The notes: a model not told the origin generated them from the sequence alone. Numbered from the stretch's first letter, positions 1 to 9,387 are shown. The stretch is 64,000 nt of DNA from Promethearchaeota archaeon (GCA_019058445.1 JAHPZA010000008.1:1-64000); one strand, 5' to 3'. Translations and numbers: made by a program.

Positions 1-93
1 GTTGATAATCTTATTTGAAATAAAATGAGTATATTTTTACTTACTTTAATGGTCTAGACATAATTGATAAAAATTAAACTTTCTTAACTTATT

Positions 94-1179
94 TTGACTA
101 ATATGGACTTAATAGATCTTCATAAAATTCAAGGGAGGGCGGAGTTGTATTTAGATTTAGCGGGAGTTATGATCGTTGCTTTAAATAGCGATGGGATAAT
201 TACATTAATGAACAAAAAGGGTTACAGAATGCTTGAATATGAAGATGGGGATTTAGTTGGAAAAAATTGGTTTGAAACTTGTGTTCCAGCCTATTTACGA
301 GACCAAGTATATGACGTATTTAAGAGCTTAATGAGAGGAGAGATTGAACCTGTAGAGTTTTATGAAAATCCTATTATAACTAAAAATAATCACTTAAAAA
401 CTATAGCTTGGCATAATACACTGCTACATGATGATGATGGAAATATTATAGGCACGTTAAGTGCGGGAGAGGATAGCACCAAATTAGATAGAATGAAATC
501 TGAATTACTTGAAAGGATAACCCACGAGTTAAAAACACCTTTGGTTTCAATTAAGGGTTCTACTGAAATAATTTCGAGTTTTTATAAAGAGAAATTAACT
601 CCAAAAATGGTTTCACTATTAGAAATTATCGATCGCAACACATCTCGTCTTGAGAATTTAATCAATAACATTTTGGAAGCATCAAGGCTTGAAATAGGTG
701 TTTTAACGATTAACAAGTCTGGAAATGATTTGTCTCTCTTAATTAAAGAATGTGCAGAAGAGTTGCAAGATATAGCAGAAATTAGGGGGCATACTATTGA
801 GTTAAAATTACATAATGAACTTATTACTCAATTTGATTATCAACGAATAGATAATGTAATGAATGACTTGTTAATTAACGCGATTAAATTTACACCTCTA
901 AATGGAAAAATTCTGATTTCTTCAGAGATTTTAGATGAATATTTTTTAATTTCAATACAAGATAATGGAATTGGCTTCACAGAAGAAGAGAAATCGCAAA
1001 TTTTCAAACGATTTGGAAAAATAGAACGCTATGGGAAAGGGTGGGATGTAGGGATTGAAGGTTCTGGACTTGGATTATATGTTTCAAAAAAAATTATAGA
1101 ATTACATGGCGGAAAGATCTGGGTTGTATCAGAGGGGAGGGATAAAGGTTCAACTTTTAAATTTACTCTACCATATTAA
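94..1179 (+). CDS. PAS-domain sensor histidine kinase
   Basis: N-terminal PAS (DLVGKNWF...NPIITK...IAWHNT), HisKA H-box (THELKTPL), HATPase N/G boxes (NAIKF, DNGIG, GSGLGL, GSTF). TTG start at 94 or ATG at 103. Confidence 0.93.
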   Translation: MTNMDLIDLHKIQGRAELYLDLAGVMIVALNSDGIITLMNKKGYRMLEYEDGDLVGKNWFETCVPAYLRDQVYDVFKSLMRGEIEPVEFYENPIITKNNHLKTIAWHNTLLHDDDGNIIGTLSAGEDSTKLDRMKSELLERITHELKTPLVSIKGSTEIISSFYKEKLTPKMVSLLEIIDRNTSRLENLINNILEASRLEIGVLTINKSGNDLSLLIKECAEELQDIAEIRGHTIELKLHNELITQFDYQRIDNVMNDLLINAIKFTPLNGKILISSEILDEYFLISIQDNGIGFTEEEKSQIFKRFGKIERYGKGWDVGIEGSGLGLYVSKKIIELHGGKIWVVSEGRDKGSTFKFTLPY

Positions 1180-1198
1180 ATCAATTATATATTCTTCT

Positions 1199-2146
1199 TT
1201 ACATTGATAACTTCTTGTTCCATTCTTTATACCTATCAATAAACTCATCTATAAATAAATCTAAAAATGTTGGTGAGATAGCTGAAGAATGAGGTGTTAT
1301 TAAAAGATTTGGACAACCAAGCAAAGGAGAATTTAAATCTAATGGTTCTTTCTTAAACACATCAAGGTAGGCTCCTTTAATTATATTATTTTTAAGCGCA
1401 TATGCTAAATCTTCTTCGTTAATAGCATTTCCTCTTCCAATATTATAAACATAACAAGTTTTTGGTATTAGTTCTAATCTTCTTTTATCTATGAGATTAT
1501 TAGTAGATTTATCTCCCGGTAATGCGAGAATAAGATGGTCTGCTTCAGGTAAAATAGAATCAAGATCATCAATAGTAATGATCTTGTCAGTTTTATCAAA
1601 ATAATCGGGGGGTTTAATTAAAGTTCTTTTCACACCTGTGATTTTAGCTCCAAATGGTTTAGCCAGTTTAGCAATCCAATTTCCAATCTTGCCAAATCCA
1701 AGTATAACAAGATGAGATCCTCTTAAAGTATTGCAATATGGCTCAATTTCTTCCCGTGGCCACAGATATTGATCTTGAAATTGACCAGCGAAATATAATC
1801 CTCTAAAAAATCCCAAAATTGCACCAATTACGTTTTCCGCTATAATTTTTCCGTGAAACGCACCATATGAAATAACAATATCCTCAGGCGCATCTATACT
1901 AAACCAATCCTTTCCTGCGGATGGTGTAGCAATCCATTTCAATTTTGGTGCTAACTCTAGCCATCTTTGGTTAAAAACCCAGACTAAGGCAATATCCGTA
2001 TTTTTTAGATTTGCTTTAAAAGATTGGGAATTATCATATAAAGAGACTGAGCAGTCAGGAAGAACATGCTCTATTTTTTTTTTATGATCTTCAGACGCGT
2101 TAAATGCCTTGACGACAGGATTGGTAAGCCATATACTAATGTGCAT
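1199..2146 (-). CDS. D-isomer-specific 2-hydroxyacid dehydrogenase
   Basis: GFGKIG Rossmann motif, NIGRG, LDVFxxEP, TPHSS catalytic His. Confidence 0.9.
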   Translation of the reverse strand: MHISIWLTNPVVKAFNASEDHKKKIEHVLPDCSVSLYDNSQSFKANLKNTDIALVWVFNQRWLELAPKLKWIATPSAGKDWFSIDAPEDIVISYGAFHGKIIAENVIGAILGFFRGLYFAGQFQDQYLWPREEIEPYCNTLRGSHLVILGFGKIGNWIAKLAKPFGAKITGVKRTLIKPPDYFDKTDKIITIDDLDSILPEADHLILALPGDKSTNNLIDKRRLELIPKTCYVYNIGRGNAINEEDLAYALKNNIIKGAYLDVFKKEPLDLNSPLLGCPNLLITPHSSAISPTFLDLFIDEFIDRYKEWNKKLSM

Positions 2147-2270
2147 ATTAATTGACCTTGAGGGATGTAAATTTTTAATCTGTTAACGTTTTATAATCAT
2201 ATAAAGATTATAAAGGATTTCGATAAAAACGATATATAATATAGTAATTTAAAAAATAAGTTTGGAAATA

Positions 2271-3899
2271 TTACTCTATGCTTTTTAATACTTTTCCTGC
2301 GAATAAATTAGTATTAAACTCATCTTTTTCAAGTACTACTTTCCCGTTTATTAGCACATATTCTATCCCTTCAGATGGTTGGTAAGGATTAGTATATGAT
2401 GCTCGATTATTAACCGTCTGAGGATTGAAAATAGTGATATCTGCAAAGGCACCTTTTTGCAAAATACCGCGATCTTTAATTTGCATTTGTTTTGTGGGTA
2501 AGGAGGTCATTCTTCGAATTGCCTCTTCCTGGGACATAGCTCCTTTCTCTCGCGCAATTTGCCCTAAAACTTTCGTAAAATTCCCATAGGCGGCAGGTGA
2601 AATTGTTTTTAAGCCAGCACCAACGATATCTGTTCCAATGGAGCAATTAGGATCAGAAAGAAGCTCAACCACAAAGTCTTCTGCCATTGGATTATCAAAC
2701 TGACCAGAAATTATAAATAATTTTCCTTCTTCTTCAATAACTAACTCTATAAATGCTTCAATTGGCTCTAATTTTAACTTATCTGCAATATCTTTCAACT
2801 TCATATTTTCAAATCTTTTATTTTTCTTTTGACGAAAACCTGCAAGTATTACGGATGCATTAAAGTCTCGATCCACCCAATATTTATTTTCCCATGGAGG
2901 CCACTTTACCTTAAAAGTTAGCATTTCTTCAATAGCTTGCTTTCGAATTTCAGGTTTTTTAAGCAGATCCAAATTGATCCCCCCGTCAAAAAGCCATGGA
3001 GGAAACCAAGAAAGAACAGTTGTAGAAGAATTTGGCCAAGGGATATTGTCATGATTTATTTTAACTCCACGTTCTATTGCTTCTTGAACTAATTTTAGGG
3101 ATCGTTTTCTAACTCTTCCGATTCCTCCTCCACAATGATGCGAAATGTGTAAAGGAATATCATTTTTTTCCGCGACTTGAATCATTTCTTCAATGGCATC
3201 CGCATATAATTTACTGAAAAGACCTCTTGTATGCGGTACAATTGGCAATTTGTACTCGGTTAAAACAGATGCCAATTCAATTAGTTCCTCTGTATTAGAG
3301 TACATTCCGGGAACATACCCTAAACCAAATGATAAACCAAATGAGCCAGATTCAATAGATTCTTTTAATAATTCTTTCATTTCATTTATTTCTTCGGAAT
3401 TTGCAAAGCGCGCATCAAAGCCCATAACGTTTGTGCGGAGAGTGTTATGACCTGTCAGAATCGCTACATTAAGAGTTTGACCTTTTTTTTCCAAAAAATC
3501 CAAAAATTCTGCCATTGTGGTCCATTCATAATTAAACTCATCATACGGTAAAGCAAAATTCCAATAGGTATTTATTAATTCCTCATATTGATGATTTATG
3601 GGAGCCGGGCTGTAGCCACAATTACCTGAAACCACAGTCGTGACTCCCTGACGTATCCAATTCTCTAGAACGCTAATCTCTTGTGATGATGCAATTATGA
3701 AATCAAGATGAGAATGAACATCTATAAATCCGGGGGCAACAGCCAATCCTTCAGCATCAATAATCATAGATGCTTCTTCTTGATCAAATTTTCCAACATC
3801 TTCAATGCGATCTTTATCTATTAAAACATCAGCTTTAATAGCTGGTGTACCCGTACCATCAATAACTAATCCATTTTTAATTAAAATATCTTTTGCCAT
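2271..3899 (-). CDS. N-acyl-D-amino-acid deacylase (D-aminoacylase) family amidohydrolase
   Basis: IDGTG, PGFIDVHSH, GVTT..GNCG, HTR, SHH, AIRRMTSLP. ATG at 3899 preferred because GAGGAG lies just upstream. Confidence 0.9.
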   Translation of the reverse strand: MAKDILIKNGLVIDGTGTPAIKADVLIDKDRIEDVGKFDQEEASMIIDAEGLAVAPGFIDVHSHLDFIIASSQEISVLENWIRQGVTTVVSGNCGYSPAPINHQYEELINTYWNFALPYDEFNYEWTTMAEFLDFLEKKGQTLNVAILTGHNTLRTNVMGFDARFANSEEINEMKELLKESIESGSFGLSFGLGYVPGMYSNTEELIELASVLTEYKLPIVPHTRGLFSKLYADAIEEMIQVAEKNDIPLHISHHCGGGIGRVRKRSLKLVQEAIERGVKINHDNIPWPNSSTTVLSWFPPWLFDGGINLDLLKKPEIRKQAIEEMLTFKVKWPPWENKYWVDRDFNASVILAGFRQKKNKRFENMKLKDIADKLKLEPIEAFIELVIEEEGKLFIISGQFDNPMAEDFVVELLSDPNCSIGTDIVGAGLKTISPAAYGNFTKVLGQIAREKGAMSQEEAIRRMTSLPTKQMQIKDRGILQKGAFADITIFNPQTVNNRASYTNPYQPSEGIEYVLINGKVVLEKDEFNTNLFAGKVLKSIE

Positions 3900-3980
3900 T
3901 TTTCTGCTCCTCAATATACAATAATAATGTAATTTTAAAAAAAATTTAAATTTTAATATTTGGATGTTCTAACTTTCGAG

Positions 3981-3994
3981 GATAAATTTTATAT
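3981..3994 (+). promoter_or_regulatory. Archaeal BRE/TATA promoter upstream of the structured RNA
   Basis: GATAAA followed by TTTTATAT, about 24 nt upstream of GGA at 4018. Confidence 0.5.
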
Positions 3995-4017
3995 ACATAT
4001 TCGTCTTATTTTTTTAA

Positions 4018-4229
4018 GGAATTAAAAAACAATCTTACCCCTAAACTGGGGTGAAATAGAGAAACTCTCGTAAAATTCATTTACTATGTAGGATAATATG
4101 AACCATTATCCGTTAAGGTAGTCTTTAAAAATTTACGGGAAACAATGATAACCCAATCATTCAGTGATGTAGTTAATAGCTACAATATCCAAAACAATCT
4201 ATTTTCACCCCACCTTTTACTTTTTTTCC
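4018..4229 (+). ncRNA. Candidate novel structured non-coding RNA or leader element
   Basis: Closing helix 4047-4060/4198-4212; nested stems 4066-4077/4130-4140, 4083-4087/4118-4122 and 4091-4097/4105-4111; hairpins 4144-4161 and 4168-4184. G-U pairs form only on the + strand. Upstream TATA and downstream U-tract. Confidence 0.65.
4213..4229 (+). terminator. Oligo-U archaeal terminator-like tract
   Basis: CCTTTTACTTTTTTTCC directly after the closing helix. Confidence 0.45.
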
Positions 4230-4324
4230 TTTAAAATTCAGATGTGAATAAATAATCCGTAACAATTTAAAGGAATAACCAGATAATCTTCTTAGATAAA
4301 ATCTTTTTCAAATAAATTTATAAT

Positions 4325-4924
4325 ATGAAAAACGAAGTACAAAAAAACAAAGAATACGAATATAAATGTATTCAATGTGGGAATTGTTGCCGAGCAGGAT
4401 TCGAAGTAGTTATTGAAAAAGAAGATATTGAAAGATGGATAAAATATGAGCAAAATGAGTTCGTTCAGTTTATTCAAATTGACCCGAAATGTATTTCTCC
4501 TACTGGATTAGGAGGTTTTCACATTGAAGAGGTTAATACATTACAAAAGATCAAAGAAACCTATAAAGAAAATGAAGTTAATGAAAAACTGGAGGATTTA
4601 AAGCAGTTTATTCTCAAAAATCATAATTATTTTGGAAAAGGTTCTCCCCTCCCCATTTATACTTTTATACCTGATTTAGGGAGAACTCCGATTTTAGTTC
4701 CCAAAACCTTTCAGATAATCTTGGAAGGATTAAAATGGGGCTTGATTTATACTATAAAGTTTGAACTCGGAGGATATTGCCCCTTTTTAAAAGAAAATCT
4801 ATGTTCCATTCATCAAATAAAACCTAATGTATGTAGGAGTTTCCCTTATACTAAGAATGGGGAATTGAAAATTGATGATTACCTTATAAAAATTTGTAAA
4901 GGAATTTCTAAGGACTCTTCTTAA
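4325..4924 (+). CDS. YkgJ-family (zinc/iron-chelating) cysteine cluster protein
   Basis: CIQCGNCC N-terminal motif and CPFL...CSIH.IKPNVCRSFP...C C-terminal motif, with a long central insertion. Confidence 0.85.
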   Translation: MKNEVQKNKEYEYKCIQCGNCCRAGFEVVIEKEDIERWIKYEQNEFVQFIQIDPKCISPTGLGGFHIEEVNTLQKIKETYKENEVNEKLEDLKQFILKNHNYFGKGSPLPIYTFIPDLGRTPILVPKTFQIILEGLKWGLIYTIKFELGGYCPFLKENLCSIHQIKPNVCRSFPYTKNGELKIDDYLIKICKGISKDSS

Positions 4925-4958
4925 AACTTCTAAGGGTTCTAATAATTTATGCTATTCT

Positions 4959-4988
4959 TTCCGATATGAATTCTCGAACATATCGGGA
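4959..4988. promoter_or_regulatory. Inverted repeat upstream of aor (operator or RNA hairpin)
   Basis: CCGATATG-N10-CATATCGG, perfect 8-bp arms. Confidence 0.45.
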
Positions 4989-5127
4989 TATTGTAAGCAA
5001 TAAAAATAATAAAAAAAGCAACCTAATTGAACTTATAATAAATATTTTTAAATTCAGTGCTGCAATTATTACAAATTAAGCAGTTCGTTAAATTATTAAA
5101 ATACTAAAAAAATGGAGTTAAAAAAGT

Positions 5128-6969
5128 ATGCCAAATGGATATATGGGTAAAATATTATGGATAAATCTATCAGACGGATCCATTAAAAAAGAAGAATTAC
5201 CCGAAGATATATATCGTCAATATCTTGGAGGTTATGGCTTAGCTACAAAACTGATTTATGAAAATATGCCTGCGAAAGTTGATCCTCTAGGGGCTGATGG
5301 GGTTTTTGGCTTTTTCCCGGGTTTATTAACCGGCACTGTAGCTCCCTTAAGTGGTCGTTTCATGGTAGCAGGAAAATCACCTTTAACAGGAGGATGGGGA
5401 GATTCCAACTGTGGCGGGTTTTTTGGTCCTGAGATTAAGAAGTGTGGATATGACGCGATTTTAATCAAAGGTAAGTCCGATAGTCCAAAATACATTACCA
5501 TTATTGATGATGAAACACAAATTTTAGATGCTTCAGATCTCTGGGGTTTAGATTGTGTTCAGACCGAAGACAAATTAACAGAAAAATATGGAAAAATACA
5601 AGTTGCAAGTATTGGTCAATCAGGCGAGAAACTTTCCTTAATATCTGGAATTGTAAACGATAAAGCAAGAATTGCAGGAAGATCTGGTTTTGGCGCGGTA
5701 ATGGGCTCTAAAAATTTAAAGGCTATTGTACTTAGAGGGAGTAAGAAACTTGAACTAGCAGATAAAGATGCAATTCTTAATGTCACAAAAGAATATAATG
5801 AGGGTATCAAATCAGCTTCAGTTGGAGCTATCCAAGCATGGAAAACATTAGGGACTTCTTTTGGAAACGTAATAAGCGCTCAAATAGGAGATACCCCTAT
5901 AAAAAATTGGGGAGGAACAGTAGCAGAAGATTTTCCTATGGATAGAATAAGCAAAATTTCAGGGGAAGAAATAACTAAGTATAAAGAAAAGTCATATGGA
6001 TGTTTCTCATGTCCTGTTCAATGTGGAGCTATAATGAAAGTACCTGAAATTGGTTTAGAAGAAACTCATCGACCAGAATATGAGACATGTGCCTCATTTG
6101 GGCATATGTGCTTAAATGATGATATTATATCTTTGTTTACCGTAAATGATTTATGCAACCGAGCTGGGATTGATACGATTTCAGCAGGAGCCTCCGTTGC
6201 TTTTGCTATCGAGTGTTATGAAAACGGTTTGATAAGTAAAGAAGATACAGACGGGCTTGAAATGACTTGGGGCAATTCATCAGCTATAATTGAATTGATT
6301 AAGAAAATGATCAATAGAGAAGGCATTGGTGATATTTTAGCAGATGGAACCAAAATCGCTGCCGAAAAAATTGGAAAAGGGAGTGAAAAATATGCTATGC
6401 ATTCAGGTGGACAAGATTTACCAATGCATTCTCCTAAATATTATAAAAGTTTAGGATTTGGTTATGCATTTGATCCGACTCCCGGAAGACACACAATCCC
6501 ATCTTTAGATATGATGGCTGGAGGTCCTTTAATGAAACCAAACGGTCTAATCGAAGGGGTAGCTCTGCCGAGGAAGTTTAAAAGGGCGGGTGACGATCGA
6601 TATGAAGCAGAAAAATTAACTGTTGCTCTTGGACAAGTAAGAAATAGTATAGGGTTATGTGAATTCATTGATTTCTTTCAAAAATATCCCCTTTTTGAAG
6701 TAATCAAGGGAGCAACTGGCTGGGATTTAACTGTGGATGAAATAATGAAAATAGGAATGAGGATACAATCTTTAAGACAAGCATTTTCATTGCGAGAAGG
6801 AGTAAATATAATTAGCAATAAGCTACCTGAAAGAGCAGTTGGAGTGGATTATTTAGAAGAATTTAAAGGTTTTTGCCAAAAATTCGGCTGGAATCCTGAG
6901 AATGGCTATCCACTCAAGGAAACTCTCACAGATCTGAACTTAGATTTTGTTATAAACGATTTATATTAA
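5128..6969 (+). CDS. aor: Aldehyde:ferredoxin oxidoreductase (W/Mo-pterin)
   Basis: GYMGKIL, YLGGYG, KSPLTG, GRSGFGAVMGSKNLKAI, CFSCPVQC, PEYET, DTIS, GLC. Confidence 0.93.
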   Translation: MPNGYMGKILWINLSDGSIKKEELPEDIYRQYLGGYGLATKLIYENMPAKVDPLGADGVFGFFPGLLTGTVAPLSGRFMVAGKSPLTGGWGDSNCGGFFGPEIKKCGYDAILIKGKSDSPKYITIIDDETQILDASDLWGLDCVQTEDKLTEKYGKIQVASIGQSGEKLSLISGIVNDKARIAGRSGFGAVMGSKNLKAIVLRGSKKLELADKDAILNVTKEYNEGIKSASVGAIQAWKTLGTSFGNVISAQIGDTPIKNWGGTVAEDFPMDRISKISGEEITKYKEKSYGCFSCPVQCGAIMKVPEIGLEETHRPEYETCASFGHMCLNDDIISLFTVNDLCNRAGIDTISAGASVAFAIECYENGLISKEDTDGLEMTWGNSSAIIELIKKMINREGIGDILADGTKIAAEKIGKGSEKYAMHSGGQDLPMHSPKYYKSLGFGYAFDPTPGRHTIPSLDMMAGGPLMKPNGLIEGVALPRKFKRAGDDRYEAEKLTVALGQVRNSIGLCEFIDFFQKYPLFEVIKGATGWDLTVDEIMKIGMRIQSLRQAFSLREGVNIISNKLPERAVGVDYLEEFKGFCQKFGWNPENGYPLKETLTDLNLDFVINDLY

Positions 6970-7002
6970 TCTTTTTTATTTATTAACCCTAAAAATTTTT
7001 TT

Positions 7003-7959
7003 TTATTTCTTCTTTTCAACCGGAAAGCGTGGTTCTTCGTTGATTATTAATTGAAAAATATCAGGTCTTGCATAATGCCCTACCACATCAAAATCTAACT
7101 TACTCTGAATGACTTTAGATAAATCAAGATTTGCGTATAAAATCCCCTCTTTATCATAGAGAGGTCCGGCTAATACATGTCCTGAGGGAGAGATAATTAC
7201 ACTCCCACCTCGACACATAATTTCAGGTTGGTTTTCAAGCTTATCAAGTTCTTCTAAATCAAGTGGATACATATCTTTTGTCACAAACTGATTGCAGCCT
7301 AACACATAACAACGTCCCTCTAAGGCAATGTGCTGCATCGTGGCTTGCCATCGATCTCTATGATCAGCTGTAGGTGCGAGATATATTTCGACTCCTTTAC
7401 CATACATAGCCATGCGAGCTAAGGGCATATAATTTTCCCAACAAATTAAGCCTCCAATCTTTGCGATGTCGGTGTCAATTACAGTAAGAGTGCTTCCATC
7501 ACCCTCACCCCAGATCAAGCGTTCAGCAGCAGTAGGTTTTATCTTTCGATGTTTTCCAAGAATTTTACCATCTGGACCGAAATATAAAAGAGTACAATAG
7601 AGTGTACCTCGACTAAATTGAGTATCTCGTTCTATCACCCCAATAGCTAAATAAACTTTTGATCCTTTAACTGCTTCACTTAAAATCTCTGTAGTAGATC
7701 CCGGGATATCAATAGAATTTTCCCAATATCGCTGCCACACTTTTCTTCCCTCTGGACTGCGGTCCCCAATAACATTTCCAAAAGTTAAACCTCTAGGATA
7801 TGCGGGAATAAACGCTTCAGGAAATAAAATTAATTGTGCTCCTTGGTTTGCGGCTTCAGAAATCAATTTACACACTTTTTCTAATGTAGCATTGAGATTG
7901 AATAAAACAGGGGCTGCTTGTACAACTGCAACTTTTACTTTAGAAAATTTTTCTTTCAT
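7003..7959 (-). CDS. Nitrilase (carbon-nitrogen hydrolase family)
   Basis: Glu-Lys-Cys triad motifs FPEAF, HRKIKPT, ICWENYMPLAR; C-terminal DVVGHYARPD. Confidence 0.92.
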   Translation of the reverse strand: MKEKFSKVKVAVVQAAPVLFNLNATLEKVCKLISEAANQGAQLILFPEAFIPAYPRGLTFGNVIGDRSPEGRKVWQRYWENSIDIPGSTTEILSEAVKGSKVYLAIGVIERDTQFSRGTLYCTLLYFGPDGKILGKHRKIKPTAAERLIWGEGDGSTLTVIDTDIAKIGGLICWENYMPLARMAMYGKGVEIYLAPTADHRDRWQATMQHIALEGRCYVLGCNQFVTKDMYPLDLEELDKLENQPEIMCRGGSVIISPSGHVLAGPLYDKEGILYANLDLSKVIQSKLDFDVVGHYARPDIFQLIINEEPRFPVEKKK

Positions 7960-8098
7960 AATTTAATTCATTTATCATGTTATTTATCATTTTAATCAAA
8001 TTCAAAGATTAAATAATTTATTTTAAAAGAGAATTAAATGATAAAGCTAATTTGAAAACTAATTTGTTTATCTTCGTTAAGCAATTATTAGACTTTAA

Positions 8099-8425
8099 CT
8101 AAGTTTGCACACCCCAAGAAAGATGAACAATATAATTTTTTGCTTTTGCTCTATAATATTTTAAAGTCATACCCATTTTATTTCTGACCGTTTTAGTTTG
8201 GAATATTAATCCTTTATCAGCAAGATCCAAGATGTGCCTTCTAATCTCTCCGGGATTCATTCTTAACTCAGTTTTTAGGTCATAAATTGTCATTTCTTTT
8301 ATAATGAGTTTTTCTAAAATCAATTGTTTTTTTTTATGAAATAAACTTGACACTACTTCAGGAGTATTGAAAATAATCTCATCTAGTATTTTGGAATCAT
8401 CTGTGTTATTTTTTTTTTTTACCAT
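8099..8425 (-). CDS. ArsR-like winged-helix transcriptional regulator
   Basis: 108 aa with HTH pattern (MTIYDL..EL......IRRHI..L...GLI) and a KYY wing; overlaps the upstream gene. Confidence 0.75.
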   Translation of the reverse strand: MVKKKNNTDDSKILDEIIFNTPEVVSSLFHKKKQLILEKLIIKEMTIYDLKTELRMNPGEIRRHILDLADKGLIFQTKTVRNKMGMTLKYYRAKAKNYIVHLSWGVQT

Positions 8426-9248
8426 TAAGCTCCTCCTGATTAAATATTGAATGATACATTACGGTTGAGACAAGAATCATATAAGGAAAAATAATAAAGA
8501 AGCTCATACATGAAAGTAATGCTATAATGAGCAATAGAATTATTGATTTATTAAAATAAAATATAAGAAAATATAGTGGTATATCGATTGAAATAGAAAG
8601 AATGAAAAATATAGCAAAGATTGTTAAATACACTTTAGGATTATGTTTTAATAAATTAAAGGTTTGATTTAAAGCATTTTTAAGGGAACCGGTCGAAGTT
8701 AGTGATACGGGTAGCAAAAAAACCAAGGTTTCAAATAAAAATAGAAAGGAAAAAAAAATGATAAGAAATATTACTCTGGGAAATGCTGGATTTAATTGCA
8801 TGACATAATTGGTTAATAAAATAGCAATCAAAAAACCAAAAAAAAAGCATAGAGCAATCAGAAAATAATGCCACCAAAACTTATAAAAATAGGTAAATGA
8901 ACTCTTCAATTCTGTATAATAATCACCACTAGAAATAATTTCATTGCTCATTCCATAAAGACTTCCTATAAAAGCCACGAAGCAAATTAAACCAGGGATC
9001 ATGAATCCTAAAAAGATTATTCCAGTTAAATCCGTAATATTTAATAATTGTTCTAATGGTGAAAAATTCAGCAATATAATGATATATATAATTATTGAAA
9101 TTAATGAAACACATACAAAAGTAATTAGTGCGAGTAACTGAGCTCCAATTAAAGGTTTATAATAATCTTTATATAATTCCCATCCTAACTTTAAATAGTC
9201 CTTTATCGAGTTTGAATCTTGCTTTACAGAGTCTGGATCTTCTTTCAT
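8406..9248 (-). CDS. Integral membrane protein (about 6 TM)
   Basis: Long hydrophobic segments; probably co-transcribed with the wHTH gene. Confidence 0.75.
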   Translation of the reverse strand: MKEDPDSVKQDSNSIKDYLKLGWELYKDYYKPLIGAQLLALITFVCVSLISIIIYIIILLNFSPLEQLLNITDLTGIIFLGFMIPGLICFVAFIGSLYGMSNEIISSGDYYTELKSSFTYFYKFWWHYFLIALCFFFGFLIAILLTNYVMQLNPAFPRVIFLIIFFSFLFLFETLVFLLPVSLTSTGSLKNALNQTFNLLKHNPKVYLTIFAIFFILSISIDIPLYFLIFYFNKSIILLLIIALLSCMSFFIIFPYMILVSTVMYHSIFNQEELNGKKKK

Positions 9249-9297
9249 GATAGTTTTATCACTAATTTATATTAATAATAAGTATTGATAATTTTAA

Positions 9298-9339
9298 AAT
9301 ATTTTCAAAAAAAGTAATATTTTCAAAAAAAGTAATATT
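9298..9339. repeat. Tandem direct repeat, 18 bp x 2.3, in a divergent promoter
   Basis: AATATTTTCAAAAAAAGT at 9298-9315 and 9316-9333, then AATATT. Confidence 0.8.
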
Positions 9340-9387
9340 AAAAAAGGAAATTATATATAATCTATCTATAAAAATTCAAAAAAAAAA

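Noticed and set aside
4031-4046. Resemblance of AATCTTACCCCTAAAC to the U1 snRNA 5' end or a telomerase template
   Set aside because: Short match with no supporting partner genes; better explained as a copy of the 3' helix strand.
4047-4212. TPP or lysine riboswitch, RNase P, SRP or tmRNA identity for the structured RNA
   Set aside because: Only superficial echoes (GGGGTG start, GTAGTTAATAGCTAC hairpin, GAGAAACTC). It lacks the TPP CUGAGA, the lysine-riboswitch core and complementary kissing loops, RNase P P4 pairing, the SRP helix-8 motif and a T-arm.
4145-4234. 29-codon ORF inside the structured RNA
   Set aside because: No recognisable features; the sequence is accounted for by base pairing and the U-tract.
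4959-4988. SECIS element
   Set aside because: Neighbouring genes have no in-frame UGA. I found no UGA read-through candidate among the annotated genes.
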